Of a DNA stretch of 64,000 nt, positions 55,183-64,000 are shown in pieces (within the stretch, counting starts at the first letter, position 1; the number at the start of each line of letters is the position of its first letter). The notes beneath the pieces are model-generated. The model ran no database searches and was not told where the DNA came from. It was given only the letters and a program-made list of their open reading frames with translations. Origin of the DNA: an uncultured Roseburia sp. (lineage in GTDB: Bacteria > Bacillota > Clostridia > Lachnospirales > Lachnospiraceae); contig CAMQVP010000001.1 in the NCBI GenBank assembly GCA_947038265.1, positions 60,968 to 124,967 of the forward strand. The letters are read 5' to 3'. Made by a program: the position numbers and the translations under genes.

Positions 55183-58158
55183 TTACTTTGCAGCTCTTAA
55201 TATTTGATAAATTTCAGATGAAAAGATTCCTAATACTTCTTTTTTTATTTCTGGATTCTTCAAAAGCAAAGAGAAGAAGTCCTTATTTTGTTCTAATCCC
55301 TCTATCAATGCATCATCAATATCATCATAATAAGAAAATTCAAAATTTTCTTCGCTGTTATTCTTTGCGCTATTTTTCAGTTTCTCTGATTTCATAAGAA
55401 TATCTTTAATCTGGAGCATAGCTTTTACAGCTACATCGCTATCATAAAATCTTCCAGTCTTGTTGTTAATCTCAACAATAATTTCAGATAGTTTTTGAAT
55501 CTTATCCTCCGTAAGACCAAATGCCTCTGCTGTTGGTAATTTTAAAATAGGATCACTTGTAACTTTTTTTCCTTTAATTTCTTTTCCTTTTTTCTGTACA
55601 AAATCAGAAGCTTGAATTTTTCCATCAAGATTATATCCACCCCCAGAACGCTTAACATCTAAGTAAGCGTTCAGCCCTACAATAAAATGATATTTTTTAT
55701 GCAGCTCTGTATCCTCAAAACAAGATACTTGCAACAAAAATTCATAAAATCTTATGAAGCTTCGAACTAATTGCGCAAATTTAAGCTGATCTTCCAATGA
55801 CATCTTTTCAACATTCTTTTTACACTTCTTAAAATAAAAAGTCAGTTTTACAGTTTCTTTTGAATTTCTATCTTTCTTATTTTTACATAAAAGAATATTA
55901 GCAAGGTCGATGTCACTTGGATCTATTATTGCATAAGCATCTATCTTTGCTTCTAAGTCATAAATAGCTGTTGGCGTAATCGAGTTTGATAGCAAGGTTG
56001 TTGTGTAATATGGAGCAAATGCCTTTTTAATGTCTTCAAACTCATTCACAAAATCTAATATGAATGTCTTTTTATTATAAGGCGGATAGATCCTGTTTAA
56101 TCTGGAAAATGTCTGAACAGCGTTTACTCCTTTTAATTTTTTTAGCACATACATAGCAGCAAGTTTTGACTGATCAAATCCTGTTTGATATTTATTTGCA
56201 ACAAGAAGCACTTGATATTCATCTGTGTCAAATTTCTCAGGAAGTTTATTCTCTGCAAATCCATTCATACTGGCTTCTGTATACTCTGTTTCATCGTCTT
56301 TTAGCTTTACTTTACCAGAAAAAGCAACCAACGCATGAATACCTGTATAACCTTTTCTTTTCACATAATCTTCAAATGCCTGTCGATATTTTACTGCGCT
56401 TTCTCTGGAATCTGTAATTACCATAGCTTTTGCAGCGCCTCCAAGCTCCATCATTACATTATTTTTAAAATGCTCCACAATAATTTCAACTCTTTGAGCA
56501 ATATTTGTTTCGTGCAGTTTTACAAAACGGGCAATCTGCTTTTTAGCTTCATTTGTTTTTACTGAAGGATCTTCAGCAATCTCTTTATTGATTTTGTAAA
56601 ATGTCTTATATGGCGTAAAGTTCTGTAAAACATCAAGAATAAATTCTTCTTCTATCGCCTGCTTCATGGAATAGATATGGAAAGCTTCTTTTTGACCTTT
56701 TATATTCAACTTTCCAAATAGCTCAAGCGTTGTCGGTTTAGGTGTTGCTGTAAAAGCAAACATAGAAACATTGGGTCTTTTACCTGATTTCTTTACCTGC
56801 GCCACAATCACATCTTCCATATCTGCATTATCTGATTCATCAGAGCCTAGAGCCTGCCTAATGGCTTCCATATCTTTTCCCGCCGTCGAGGAATGCGCTT
56901 CATCTATAATTACTGCAAAACGCTTTTTCTCCAGTCCGGATACGCTCTCAATGATATAAGGGAATTTTTGTATTGTGGTTGCAATTATCTTAGTATTTCC
57001 AGTCAGAGCCTTTGCCAAATCTGTAGAATTGCATTTTTCATTCATTACACGAATCATTCCACTTTTATGCTCCAATCCTACAATAGCGGCTTGAAGCTGT
57101 CTGTCTACAACAACCCTATCTGTTACAACAACAATATTATCAAAAATAATTTTGTCATCTTCATCATGTAAAGAAACTAATCTATGAGCAAGCCATGCAA
57201 TAGAATTTGTTTTTCCAGACCCAGCCGAGTGTTGTATTAAATAATTCTGTGATGTACGATTAACAGTAAGATCTGATAAGACTTGCCTTATTACATCAAG
57301 CTGATGGTATCTTGGAAAAATCACATTTTCACTTCTGCTAATTTTCCCTGTTTCTTCATCTTTTTTCTCTATCTGCTCAATAAACATGAAATTAGTAATA
57401 AGCTGTATCACTGTTTCTTTCTTTAGAATATCTTCCCACATATAAGATACACTGTATTTATCTTCATAAATAGGATTTCCTTTTCCTGCATATACCCCTT
57501 CTCCATTGCCCATGTTAAATGGCAAAAAATATGTAGAACCGCCAGAAAGACGTGTTGCCATATACACTTCTTCTAAGTCCATAGCAAAATTTACAAGACA
57601 TCCTGCTTTAAAAAGGAATAACCTTGTTTTTGGATTTCGTTCAGTTCTATATTGATAAATTGCATCTTGATAACTTTGTCCTGCCGGATTGCATTTTAGT
57701 TCAAATGACATAATAGCAAGACCATTTAAAAAGATTACCAAATCAATTCTTTCTTTATCGCTTGCCCACACTTCTTCCATAACAGAAAAGATATTTTGAT
57801 TATACTTTTTGTTCAAAGCAGTATTATAAGAAGTTGAAGGTTTTCCATATAAAAAAACAAGTTTTTTTCCTGATATTTCAATTCCATGCTTTAACACATT
57901 AAGAAGACTTCCTCTATCTTTTGTTGTTTCTGTATTGATAAAATTTACAATCGTTTCTTCTAAATTTGCTTTATATATTTTACGCAAATACTCCATTTCG
58001 TCTGGCTGTGTCTCATTCAAGAACTGGAATAATAATTCTTTATCCATAGCAAAGCGCCTTTCAAAACTCTTTGTATCACGAATCATATAACCATTCTTAT
58101 TTTTTAGTTCATTCATTATATAATGCTGATATTCTTTTTCAGATAATATGTTATTCAC
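55183..58158 (-). CDS. hsdR: type I restriction enzyme R subunit
   Basis: 991 aa, with helicase motifs ...LIQHSAGSGKT... (motif I), ...VIIDEAHSS... (DEAH) and ...TGFD.... Confidence 0.9.
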   Translation of the reverse strand: MNNILSEKEYQHYIMNELKNKNGYMIRDTKSFERRFAMDKELLFQFLNETQPDEMEYLRKIYKANLEETIVNFINTETTKDRGSLLNVLKHGIEISGKKLVFLYGKPSTSYNTALNKKYNQNIFSVMEEVWASDKERIDLVIFLNGLAIMSFELKCNPAGQSYQDAIYQYRTERNPKTRLFLFKAGCLVNFAMDLEEVYMATRLSGGSTYFLPFNMGNGEGVYAGKGNPIYEDKYSVSYMWEDILKKETVIQLITNFMFIEQIEKKDEETGKISRSENVIFPRYHQLDVIRQVLSDLTVNRTSQNYLIQHSAGSGKTNSIAWLAHRLVSLHDEDDKIIFDNIVVVTDRVVVDRQLQAAIVGLEHKSGMIRVMNEKCNSTDLAKALTGNTKIIATTIQKFPYIIESVSGLEKKRFAVIIDEAHSSTAGKDMEAIRQALGSDESDNADMEDVIVAQVKKSGKRPNVSMFAFTATPKPTTLELFGKLNIKGQKEAFHIYSMKQAIEEEFILDVLQNFTPYKTFYKINKEIAEDPSVKTNEAKKQIARFVKLHETNIAQRVEIIVEHFKNNVMMELGGAAKAMVITDSRESAVKYRQAFEDYVKRKGYTGIHALVAFSGKVKLKDDETEYTEASMNGFAENKLPEKFDTDEYQVLLVANKYQTGFDQSKLAAMYVLKKLKGVNAVQTFSRLNRIYPPYNKKTFILDFVNEFEDIKKAFAPYYTTTLLSNSITPTAIYDLEAKIDAYAIIDPSDIDLANILLCKNKKDRNSKETVKLTFYFKKCKKNVEKMSLEDQLKFAQLVRSFIRFYEFLLQVSCFEDTELHKKYHFIVGLNAYLDVKRSGGGYNLDGKIQASDFVQKKGKEIKGKKVTSDPILKLPTAEAFGLTEDKIQKLSEIIVEINNKTGRFYDSDVAVKAMLQIKDILMKSEKLKNSAKNNSEENFEFSYYDDIDDALIEGLEQNKDFFSLLLKNPEIKKEVLGIFSSEIYQILRAAK

Positions 58159-58384
58159 CGTTTCGTTCCTCTCCTTTTGTAAATCAACACGACATACGAT
58201 TATATATTATTTTAATGACATTTTTTCAATAACGCTTATAACAGCATATTTCCATTCATAATTAAATACACATTATCCACTAATTATAAACCACATAAAG
58301 TGATACTCTAATCATCTTTTCGTGGTACACAGTCTATAGCGTATTAATTTATTATTTTCAATGTTTTTTCAAAATCTTAATCAA

Positions 58385-58516
58385 TTATAAAACACATACA
58401 TTATCTTCTTCTGTACTATATATAAAATTCCAATCACAATTCTGATAATTTTTATCACTATAAATTTTTTCAATCTGAGATTGTATGTAGTGAATTACAT
58501 TGAAATCTTTAGACAT
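58385..58516 (-). CDS. small ORF (43 aa) translationally coupled to hsdS
   Basis: The start AACAATGTCTAA overlaps the hsdS stop, and AAAAGGAGG lies 13 nt upstream. The product is MSKDFNVIHYIQSQIEKIYSDKNYQNCDWNFIYSTEEDNVCVL. It is not in the ORF track because it is shorter than 60 aa. Confidence 0.3.
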   Translation of the reverse strand: MSKDFNVIHYIQSQIEKIYSDKNYQNCDWNFIYSTEEDNVCVL

Positions 58517-59786
58517 TGTTTTTTGGAACCTCCTTTTTCCCTGTCACATATTCGTAAATAAAAGATTTTTTATATTGTTCAAGAACTTCTAATTGTTTCT
58601 TTTTATCTTCAATAACAGCATCTATTTCCAAACACTTCTGATCAAGATATTTCACGATTTCTTTTTGTATGTTCCGAATAGGAAATACCACCTTTATTTC
58701 ACCTAATTCTTCTTTGTTTATTTTGGGCATTTTAACTCTGTCTTCTGTCACTAATGCAACTTGGTTTAAAAAATACTGAGATAACATCATGTATAAAATA
58801 AATCTCGTATATTCTTGAGTTTCTATGGGATACATGTCTGCACTACATAGTCCGTCAAAAGGCGCTATTGTTACTTTGTTTAACTTGGGACGAATCTTGG
58901 AATATAATATCTGCCCTTTATAAAACAAATGATTATCGCTAATCACTCCAGCCTCGGCAACTGTATTATATCCTAATAAGACACCTGAATCTTTCGCTAT
59001 ATTATCAGGTGATATTTGTGGATACTCTTGGTATAAATTCACATTCACCAAATTTGATTTTATAATTCCAACATATTTAAATCGAGTTATTTTCCAATCT
59101 TTTGGCACCTTCCCAATACCTCCAATTCCACTATCTTTCATTTCCACATTAAGATGTAATCCTTTTGTTACTGCTTCTGTAATAATAGACTTTTTATAAT
59201 CTTCTAATATATCAATCTGAGATTGAATATCTGATACGAGTGAATCAGTTTCATTGCATTTTATATCAAGATAATTTGCAATTTTTTTCTGCTCATAAAT
59301 TGATGGTAAAGAAATTTTACGTTTAAATATGTCATCAGCAGAAACTCTCAAACGAATTTCCAGAATACCATTTGCATATTTTCTTAATTCCGTTTGAAGC
59401 TCTCTTGTATTAAAAATATAGTTGATAAAACGCAACTCTACATTATCTGTTTCTTTAAAAACATAATAAACAGGGCTAACGCATCCGAAGTAATTCGAAA
59501 TTCCTACAGAACCTATTAGTATATTCATGCTATTCACAATAAGAGTGTTAGGATATGCCAGTTTATAATCAGTAATATTTTCTTTTGCCTTATTTCCAAT
59601 ATTCCCTTTGTCTTCATAAAGCATAACACCTTTATCTTTCACAAGTGATAACACTTGTGATGTCTGTATTGGTAAATTTTTTTCTTTTATTTCTAAAAGA
59701 CAATACTGAATCCTATTAAGCTTCCAATCTGAAGGTATTTCCCCAATCCACTGAATCCCACTATCTTTCATTTCCCTAGCCATCAT
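58509..59786 (-). CDS. hsdS: type I R-M specificity subunit with two target-recognition domains
   Basis: The two halves each begin EMKDSGIQWIGEIPSDWK / EMKDSGIGGIGKVPKDWK, and conserved coiled-coil spacers are present (...LEDYKKSIITEAVTKG... and ...LEQYKKSFIYEYVTGK...). Confidence 0.9.
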   Translation of the reverse strand: MMAREMKDSGIQWIGEIPSDWKLNRIQYCLLEIKEKNLPIQTSQVLSLVKDKGVMLYEDKGNIGNKAKENITDYKLAYPNTLIVNSMNILIGSVGISNYFGCVSPVYYVFKETDNVELRFINYIFNTRELQTELRKYANGILEIRLRVSADDIFKRKISLPSIYEQKKIANYLDIKCNETDSLVSDIQSQIDILEDYKKSIITEAVTKGLHLNVEMKDSGIGGIGKVPKDWKITRFKYVGIIKSNLVNVNLYQEYPQISPDNIAKDSGVLLGYNTVAEAGVISDNHLFYKGQILYSKIRPKLNKVTIAPFDGLCSADMYPIETQEYTRFILYMMLSQYFLNQVALVTEDRVKMPKINKEELGEIKVVFPIRNIQKEIVKYLDQKCLEIDAVIEDKKKQLEVLEQYKKSFIYEYVTGKKEVPKNNV

Positions 59787-61873
59787 CAGTCCTCCTTAAA
59801 AAGCTTTGCAATTCTTTTATTTACAGACTTTTCAAGTTCAAAAAACTTTTGTTCCAAAACTTTACTGCTCTCTGGCTGCTGATATTTATAAAAATATCTA
59901 GTAAATGGAATCTCTGCGCCTGTTTTAATAACTGGATTTTTTGCTCCTAAATTTTCTTCAAAGAACCATTTTGCATCTGGAACATAGGGAAGAACTTCTC
60001 TTGCCATATAATCTTCTATGGATTCCTGATATTTAACAATCTCTGTATCTTTTGTAGTCTTATCATAAATAATATTGCCTTTTTTATCTCTTTGAATATC
60101 TGCTTTTTTATCCAAAACAGATAATCCATCGGCTATTCTTTCAAGGAGTTTTTTATTAGCAAATCCTTCTAAAATCTCTGTAAGTACAGGCATAAAAGAT
60201 TCTGGATTCATATATATGCTATCTGAAATATTCTCCCTTAATGCTTGAATGATCGCATCATAAATAGGCTTCTTCTCATAATAAGTTTCCAGTTTCTTTT
60301 CCTCTTTACCCGTTAAAAATTCTGCATTTTCCAGCGCATATACTTTTGCTTCATCATAAAGAGAATTTAATACGCCAGAAGAAAGCATATTTTGCATTCT
60401 TTCTTCTGTAATGCCATAGCTTCTCTGCAATGGCTGCATCACAGAATATTCTCTATACATAAATTCTTCATTATCATAAATTTTACAAAGATCATTCTCT
60501 TTAAAGTCGGCATAAAGCCTTGTAATTTTCTCTCTATCTTCTGGTGATAATTCATTCTTTTTATTGCTAAGAGCTTTTCGTAATTTATGATAAATGTTTG
60601 AAGCATCTATCAACTGGATTTTTCCTTTTCTTTCTGCCCTTTTATTTTTTGATATTACCCAGATATATGTAGCAATTCCTGTGTTATAAAATAAATCTGT
60701 TGGAAGCGCAATAATCGCTTCTAGTAAATCGTTTTCTAATAGAAAGCGTCTAATCTGGCTTTCTCCCGATGACGTTCCTCCTGTAAATAATGGAGAACCA
60801 TTTTCAATAATTGCAGCGCGTCCACATTCATCATCAAGTTTATCAATGGCTGACTGGATAAATAACAACTGCATATCGCTTCCCGCAGGAAGTCCTACGC
60901 CCCATCTGCTATCTATTTTTATATGTTCAGCTCTTACAGCATCTTCAACTCCATCTGCGGAATCTTTTCCTGCCCATGGCGTTCCAAATGGGGGATTTTC
61001 CAAAACAAAACGCATTTTTATATCAGGGAAACAGTCCTTTTTCATTGTATCTTGGTATCTGACATTTTCTGCATTCTGTCCTTTGATGAGCATTTCCGCC
61101 AAACAAATCGCATAGCTTTCTGGATTTACTTCTTGAGAAAACATTCTAATGTCTGCTGTTGGATTAAACCTATGAATATAATTATAAGCAGTAGAAAGCA
61201 TACCGCCTGTTCCTGCGGCTTGATCTAAAATAGTAATTACTTTATTATCATCGAAGATGTCATCACAGCCTTCTGCCAAAATAATAGATACCATAGTCTT
61301 TATAATGTCTCTGCCTGTGTAGTGATCACCAGCTTCAGCATTTTCAGAAAATCTCCTAATCAAATCTTCAAAGATATATCCCATCTTCACATTATCAATC
61401 GTTTTTGGTGATAAATCTAATTCTGAAAAAGCTTTTACAACACTATAAAGTCTATCGTTTTCTTCCATCTTATCAATTTGTTTATCAAATTCTAAACTTC
61501 TTATAATATCCTGTACATTCGCAGAAAATCCTTTTATGTACTCTCTGAAATTTCCTGCAATATGATCTGGTTCATTAACAAGCTCTGCTAAATCGTACTT
61601 ACTTGTATTGTAAAAGTCATATCCTGATGTACGACAAAAAACTTGCGTCGGCAAATCTGGATCAATATCAAATCTTGCTAATACTTTTTCTTTTGTGTCT
61701 TCCAATGCGCACTCAAGTCTTCTGATGATAACCATTGGAATGATTACATCTTTATATTTATCACTTCTATATGGACCACGGAGCTTATTCGCAATACTCC
61801 AGATGAAATTTACTTCTGATGTCACATTGACTGGCTCATCATCCCACATAAGATCAATGGGTTTATCACTCAT
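59786..61873 (-). CDS. hsdM: type I R-M N6-adenine DNA methyltransferase subunit
   Basis: ...DQAAGTGGML... (AdoMet site) and ...VLENPPFG... (catalytic NPPF) are present. The chosen start, the ATG at 61873 (MSDKPIDL), has GGAG 10 nt upstream. The stop codon overlaps the hsdS ATG. Confidence 0.9.
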   Translation of the reverse strand: MSDKPIDLMWDDEPVNVTSEVNFIWSIANKLRGPYRSDKYKDVIIPMVIIRRLECALEDTKEKVLARFDIDPDLPTQVFCRTSGYDFYNTSKYDLAELVNEPDHIAGNFREYIKGFSANVQDIIRSLEFDKQIDKMEENDRLYSVVKAFSELDLSPKTIDNVKMGYIFEDLIRRFSENAEAGDHYTGRDIIKTMVSIILAEGCDDIFDDNKVITILDQAAGTGGMLSTAYNYIHRFNPTADIRMFSQEVNPESYAICLAEMLIKGQNAENVRYQDTMKKDCFPDIKMRFVLENPPFGTPWAGKDSADGVEDAVRAEHIKIDSRWGVGLPAGSDMQLLFIQSAIDKLDDECGRAAIIENGSPLFTGGTSSGESQIRRFLLENDLLEAIIALPTDLFYNTGIATYIWVISKNKRAERKGKIQLIDASNIYHKLRKALSNKKNELSPEDREKITRLYADFKENDLCKIYDNEEFMYREYSVMQPLQRSYGITEERMQNMLSSGVLNSLYDEAKVYALENAEFLTGKEEKKLETYYEKKPIYDAIIQALRENISDSIYMNPESFMPVLTEILEGFANKKLLERIADGLSVLDKKADIQRDKKGNIIYDKTTKDTEIVKYQESIEDYMAREVLPYVPDAKWFFEENLGAKNPVIKTGAEIPFTRYFYKYQQPESSKVLEQKFFELEKSVNKRIAKLFKED

Positions 61874-62273
61874 ATTCTTTAGTCTCCTTTTATATGATTC
61901 TTTATAAATCTTTATTTCTGTAGATAAAAATACCCAAATGAAAGAAAAAATATAGCTTGCCAATGATAAAAACAAGCTCTTATGTCTTTAAAAAAATGGA
62001 TATAAAAATGAGCAAAAATAAAATCAATAATATCTTTGTCGTCAAGTTATTATCATAAACCTCCTAGTTTTATAAACCGAAAGCCCGAGCATTTCTGATC
62101 CCATACTAGCCCAAATTGCCATAAACTCATTTTTAATTTCCCACATAAATAATAAAGCATTTACAGTATAACACAAAAAGAGCTCAAACAAAATCTCCCT
62201 AAGCCAAAACAAAATAAAAAGCAGATAGAGAACACCCTCTATCCGCTTTCTTTTCTGCACACTAACCCCCGTC

Positions 62274-62966
62274 TCACAAAAGCCCTGCAAACGCTCCCGC
62301 GCCAATTACGGTCAGGATGCCGGAAACGACGATGGACAGGCTGCTCATCGCCCCTTCTACTTCTCCAAGCTCCATCGCTTTTGCCGTCCCTACCGCATGA
62401 GCGGAAGTCCCAAGCGCAATTCCTTTCGCAACCGGATCTTCAATGTGAAATGCCCGAAAGACCCATTCCGCCGCCATGCCTCCAAAAATGCCCGTCACTA
62501 TAATGACCGCAACCGTTATCGCCACATAGCCGCCCAATTCCTCCGAAACGCCCATTCCTATCGCCGTCGTAATCGACTTTGGCAGAAGCGTCACATAGGA
62601 AGCGTGATCCAGACGGAACAATACGGCAAGCAAAAACACACTGACAAAACTTGTTATCACGCCAGAACAAATGCCAATCAGTACGGCTTTATAATTTTTC
62701 TTCAATAGCTCCATCTGTTCATACAGCGGAACCGCAAGGCAAATCGTAGCCGGAGTCAGAAAAAAACTGATATATTTCCCACTTTCATTATATACCTTAT
62801 AATCTACCTGAAAAACCAGTAAAACCAAAACAGTCAAGACGGACGCTATTAAAAGCGGATTACATATCGCAAGCTTAAACTTTCGTTTCATAGAAACGCC
62901 TATTCCATAGGAAAGCAGGGAAAGAAACACACCGAAAAAGACAGAAGTCTCAAAAAAACCGTTCAT
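62274..62966 (-). CDS. lrgB: LrgB family (antiholin-like) membrane protein
   Basis: 230 aa, polytopic, ...GIALGTSAHAVGTAKAMELGEVEGAMSSLSIVVSGILTVI.... Confidence 0.8.
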   Translation of the reverse strand: MNGFFETSVFFGVFLSLLSYGIGVSMKRKFKLAICNPLLIASVLTVLVLLVFQVDYKVYNESGKYISFFLTPATICLAVPLYEQMELLKKNYKAVLIGICSGVITSFVSVFLLAVLFRLDHASYVTLLPKSITTAIGMGVSEELGGYVAITVAVIIVTGIFGGMAAEWVFRAFHIEDPVAKGIALGTSAHAVGTAKAMELGEVEGAMSSLSIVVSGILTVIGAGAFAGLL

Positions 62967-63331
62967 TTTTTATTTCTCCCTTTCCGTTCTTTTCTGCGCA
63001 AAAGCGCCTGCGCTGTTTTCCCCGAAGCCGCCATGACCGCGACTGTCGTCAGCGCTATTATGACAATGTATGAAAACAATTCCGGTTTTAAAATATCCCA
63101 AGAATCCATTAGCCCCACTGCTGCCGGAATAAACATCACCGGCATAAGCTCAATTAAAAACACGCTCACTTCCTTCACGGACGAAACCGGAAGGATCTTC
63201 CATTCCAAACAGAAAAACAACAGCGCAATGCCATAGATGCTTGCCGGAATCGGAAACGGCAGCAGGCTGCGCAGCGCTTCCCCTAAAAACGCCAAGAACA
63301 TAATAATCCCAAATTGTTTTAAAAACTTCAA
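62963..63331 (-). CDS. lrgA: CidA/LrgA family holin-like protein
   Basis: 122 aa, four transmembrane segments, basic C-terminus, overlaps lrgB by 4 nt. Confidence 0.75.
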   Translation of the reverse strand: MKFLKQFGIIMFLAFLGEALRSLLPFPIPASIYGIALLFFCLEWKILPVSSVKEVSVFLIELMPVMFIPAAVGLMDSWDILKPELFSYIVIIALTTVAVMAASGKTAQALLRRKERKGRNKK

Positions 63332-63388
63332 ACTACACCCTCATTTCTCTTTCCCGATATGCCAAATACCAAAAACTCCCATCTTAAT

Positions 63389-64000
63389 TTACGCATGGGG
63401 AATATTTGTAAATTCCGAAATTTCCCTATTTATTGTAACCAAATCGCAGACATTTAAATCATGCACACTGGCATGCCCCGTAATTCGCGCAAATGTTTTC
63501 AATTCTTCTTTCGTCACATTTAGATAATTTGCCACTCTTTTGGCCGCCTGTTCTGTCTTTAACCGCTCTCTTAATTTTGGGTCCTGCGTCGCAATTCCCA
63601 CCGGACAGTTTCCCGTTCCGCAAATGCGGTACTGCTGACACGCGGCGGCAATCAAAGCCGCGCTTGCAACTGCGACTGCATCCGCCCCCATGGCAAGCGC
63701 TTTTGCCACATCTGAAGACACCCTTAAGCCTCCCGTTATAATAAGGGAAATATCCGAGTTTACCGAATCCAGATATTTTCTGGCGCGGCATAATGCGTAA
63801 ATCGTCGGGACGCTTGTCGCTTCACGCAGGAAAAACGGACTTGAACCCGTCGCTCCGCCCCTGCCGTCAACCGTAATAAAATCCGGCTCCGCATATACGC
63901 AGTATTCCAAATCCCGTTCAATCCGCCCAGCGGCAATTTTAATGCCGATTGGCCTTCCGTCAGAACGAGCCCGAAGCATGGAAACCATCTCTTTTAAATC
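63389..64000 (-). CDS. glutamate synthase (GltB FMN-binding domain)-related protein. The C-terminal part is in the window and the N-terminus lies beyond the window end.
   Basis: ...GIKIAAGRIERDLEY...ITVDGRGGATGSS...CRARKYLD...LIITGGLRVSSDVAKALAMGADAVAVASA...CPVGIATQDP.... The reading frame remains open upstream of 63988 through to position 64000. Confidence 0.7.
   Translation of the reverse strand, partial: DLKEMVSMLRARSDGRPIGIKIAAGRIERDLEYCVYAEPDFITVDGRGGATGSSPFFLREATSVPTIYALCRARKYLDSVNSDISLIITGGLRVSSDVAKALAMGADAVAVASAALIAAACQQYRICGTGNCPVGIATQDPKLRERLKTEQAAKRVANYLNVTKEELKTFARITGHASVHDLNVCDLVTINREISEFTNIPHA

Noticed and set aside
62042-62305. 87-aa minus-strand ORF downstream of hsdM
   Set aside because: It overlaps the lrgB 3' end, is hydrophobic low-complexity, and has no ribosome-binding site.
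1-64000. Prophage, IS, ICE or integron content
   Set aside because: No transposase, integrase, recombinase, terminase or capsid-like ORF was seen on either strand. The palindromic elements were therefore not called mobile elements outright.

Overview
The window is a 64 kb chromosomal segment from a low-GC Gram-positive bacterium (Firmicutes, Clostridia-like; the ORFs look like gut Lachnospiraceae or Ruminococcaceae). Housekeeping genes (polA, coaE, dapL, dapF, nfo, asnA, aminopeptidase P and tRNA-Leu(CAA)) are interspersed with accessory modules. One module is a two-component system linked to an ABC-2 transporter and three uncharacterised extracytoplasmic proteins (8.6-16.6 kb). Beside it, transcribed divergently, sits a BlaI/BlaR1-type pair. 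A giant 3112-aa secreted M60-like (enhancin-type) metalloprotease/adhesin carries near-identical 237-bp tandem repeats. A small sucrose/alpha-glucan operon contains scrK, a GH13 enzyme, a LacI regulator and an acetyltransferase. A low-GC island carries a complete type I R-M system (hsdM-hsdS-hsdR), and next to it is an orphan BceAB-type transporter and lrgAB. No transposase, integrase, CRISPR array or cas gene is present. The most unusual content is non-coding. There are two long intergenic regions (18.9-20.4 kb and 49.4-50.85 kb). Each lies upstream of a peptidoglycan hydrolase gene, the first of a SpoIID/LytB-like gene and the second of an SH3-amidase gene. Both contain long nested palindromic elements followed by a cytosine-depleted T/G-rich tract of about 0.4-0.5 kb. 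In the first region two related palindromic elements, each with a perfect or near-perfect terminal inverted repeat flanking exactly 170 bp, bracket the tract. A second point of interest is an in-frame ORF that joins dephospho-CoA kinase to an FtsA-like actin-fold ATPase and about seven tandem S4/ThiS-like beta-grasp repeats. All calls rest on reading the sequence and the ORF track only. No database search was run.
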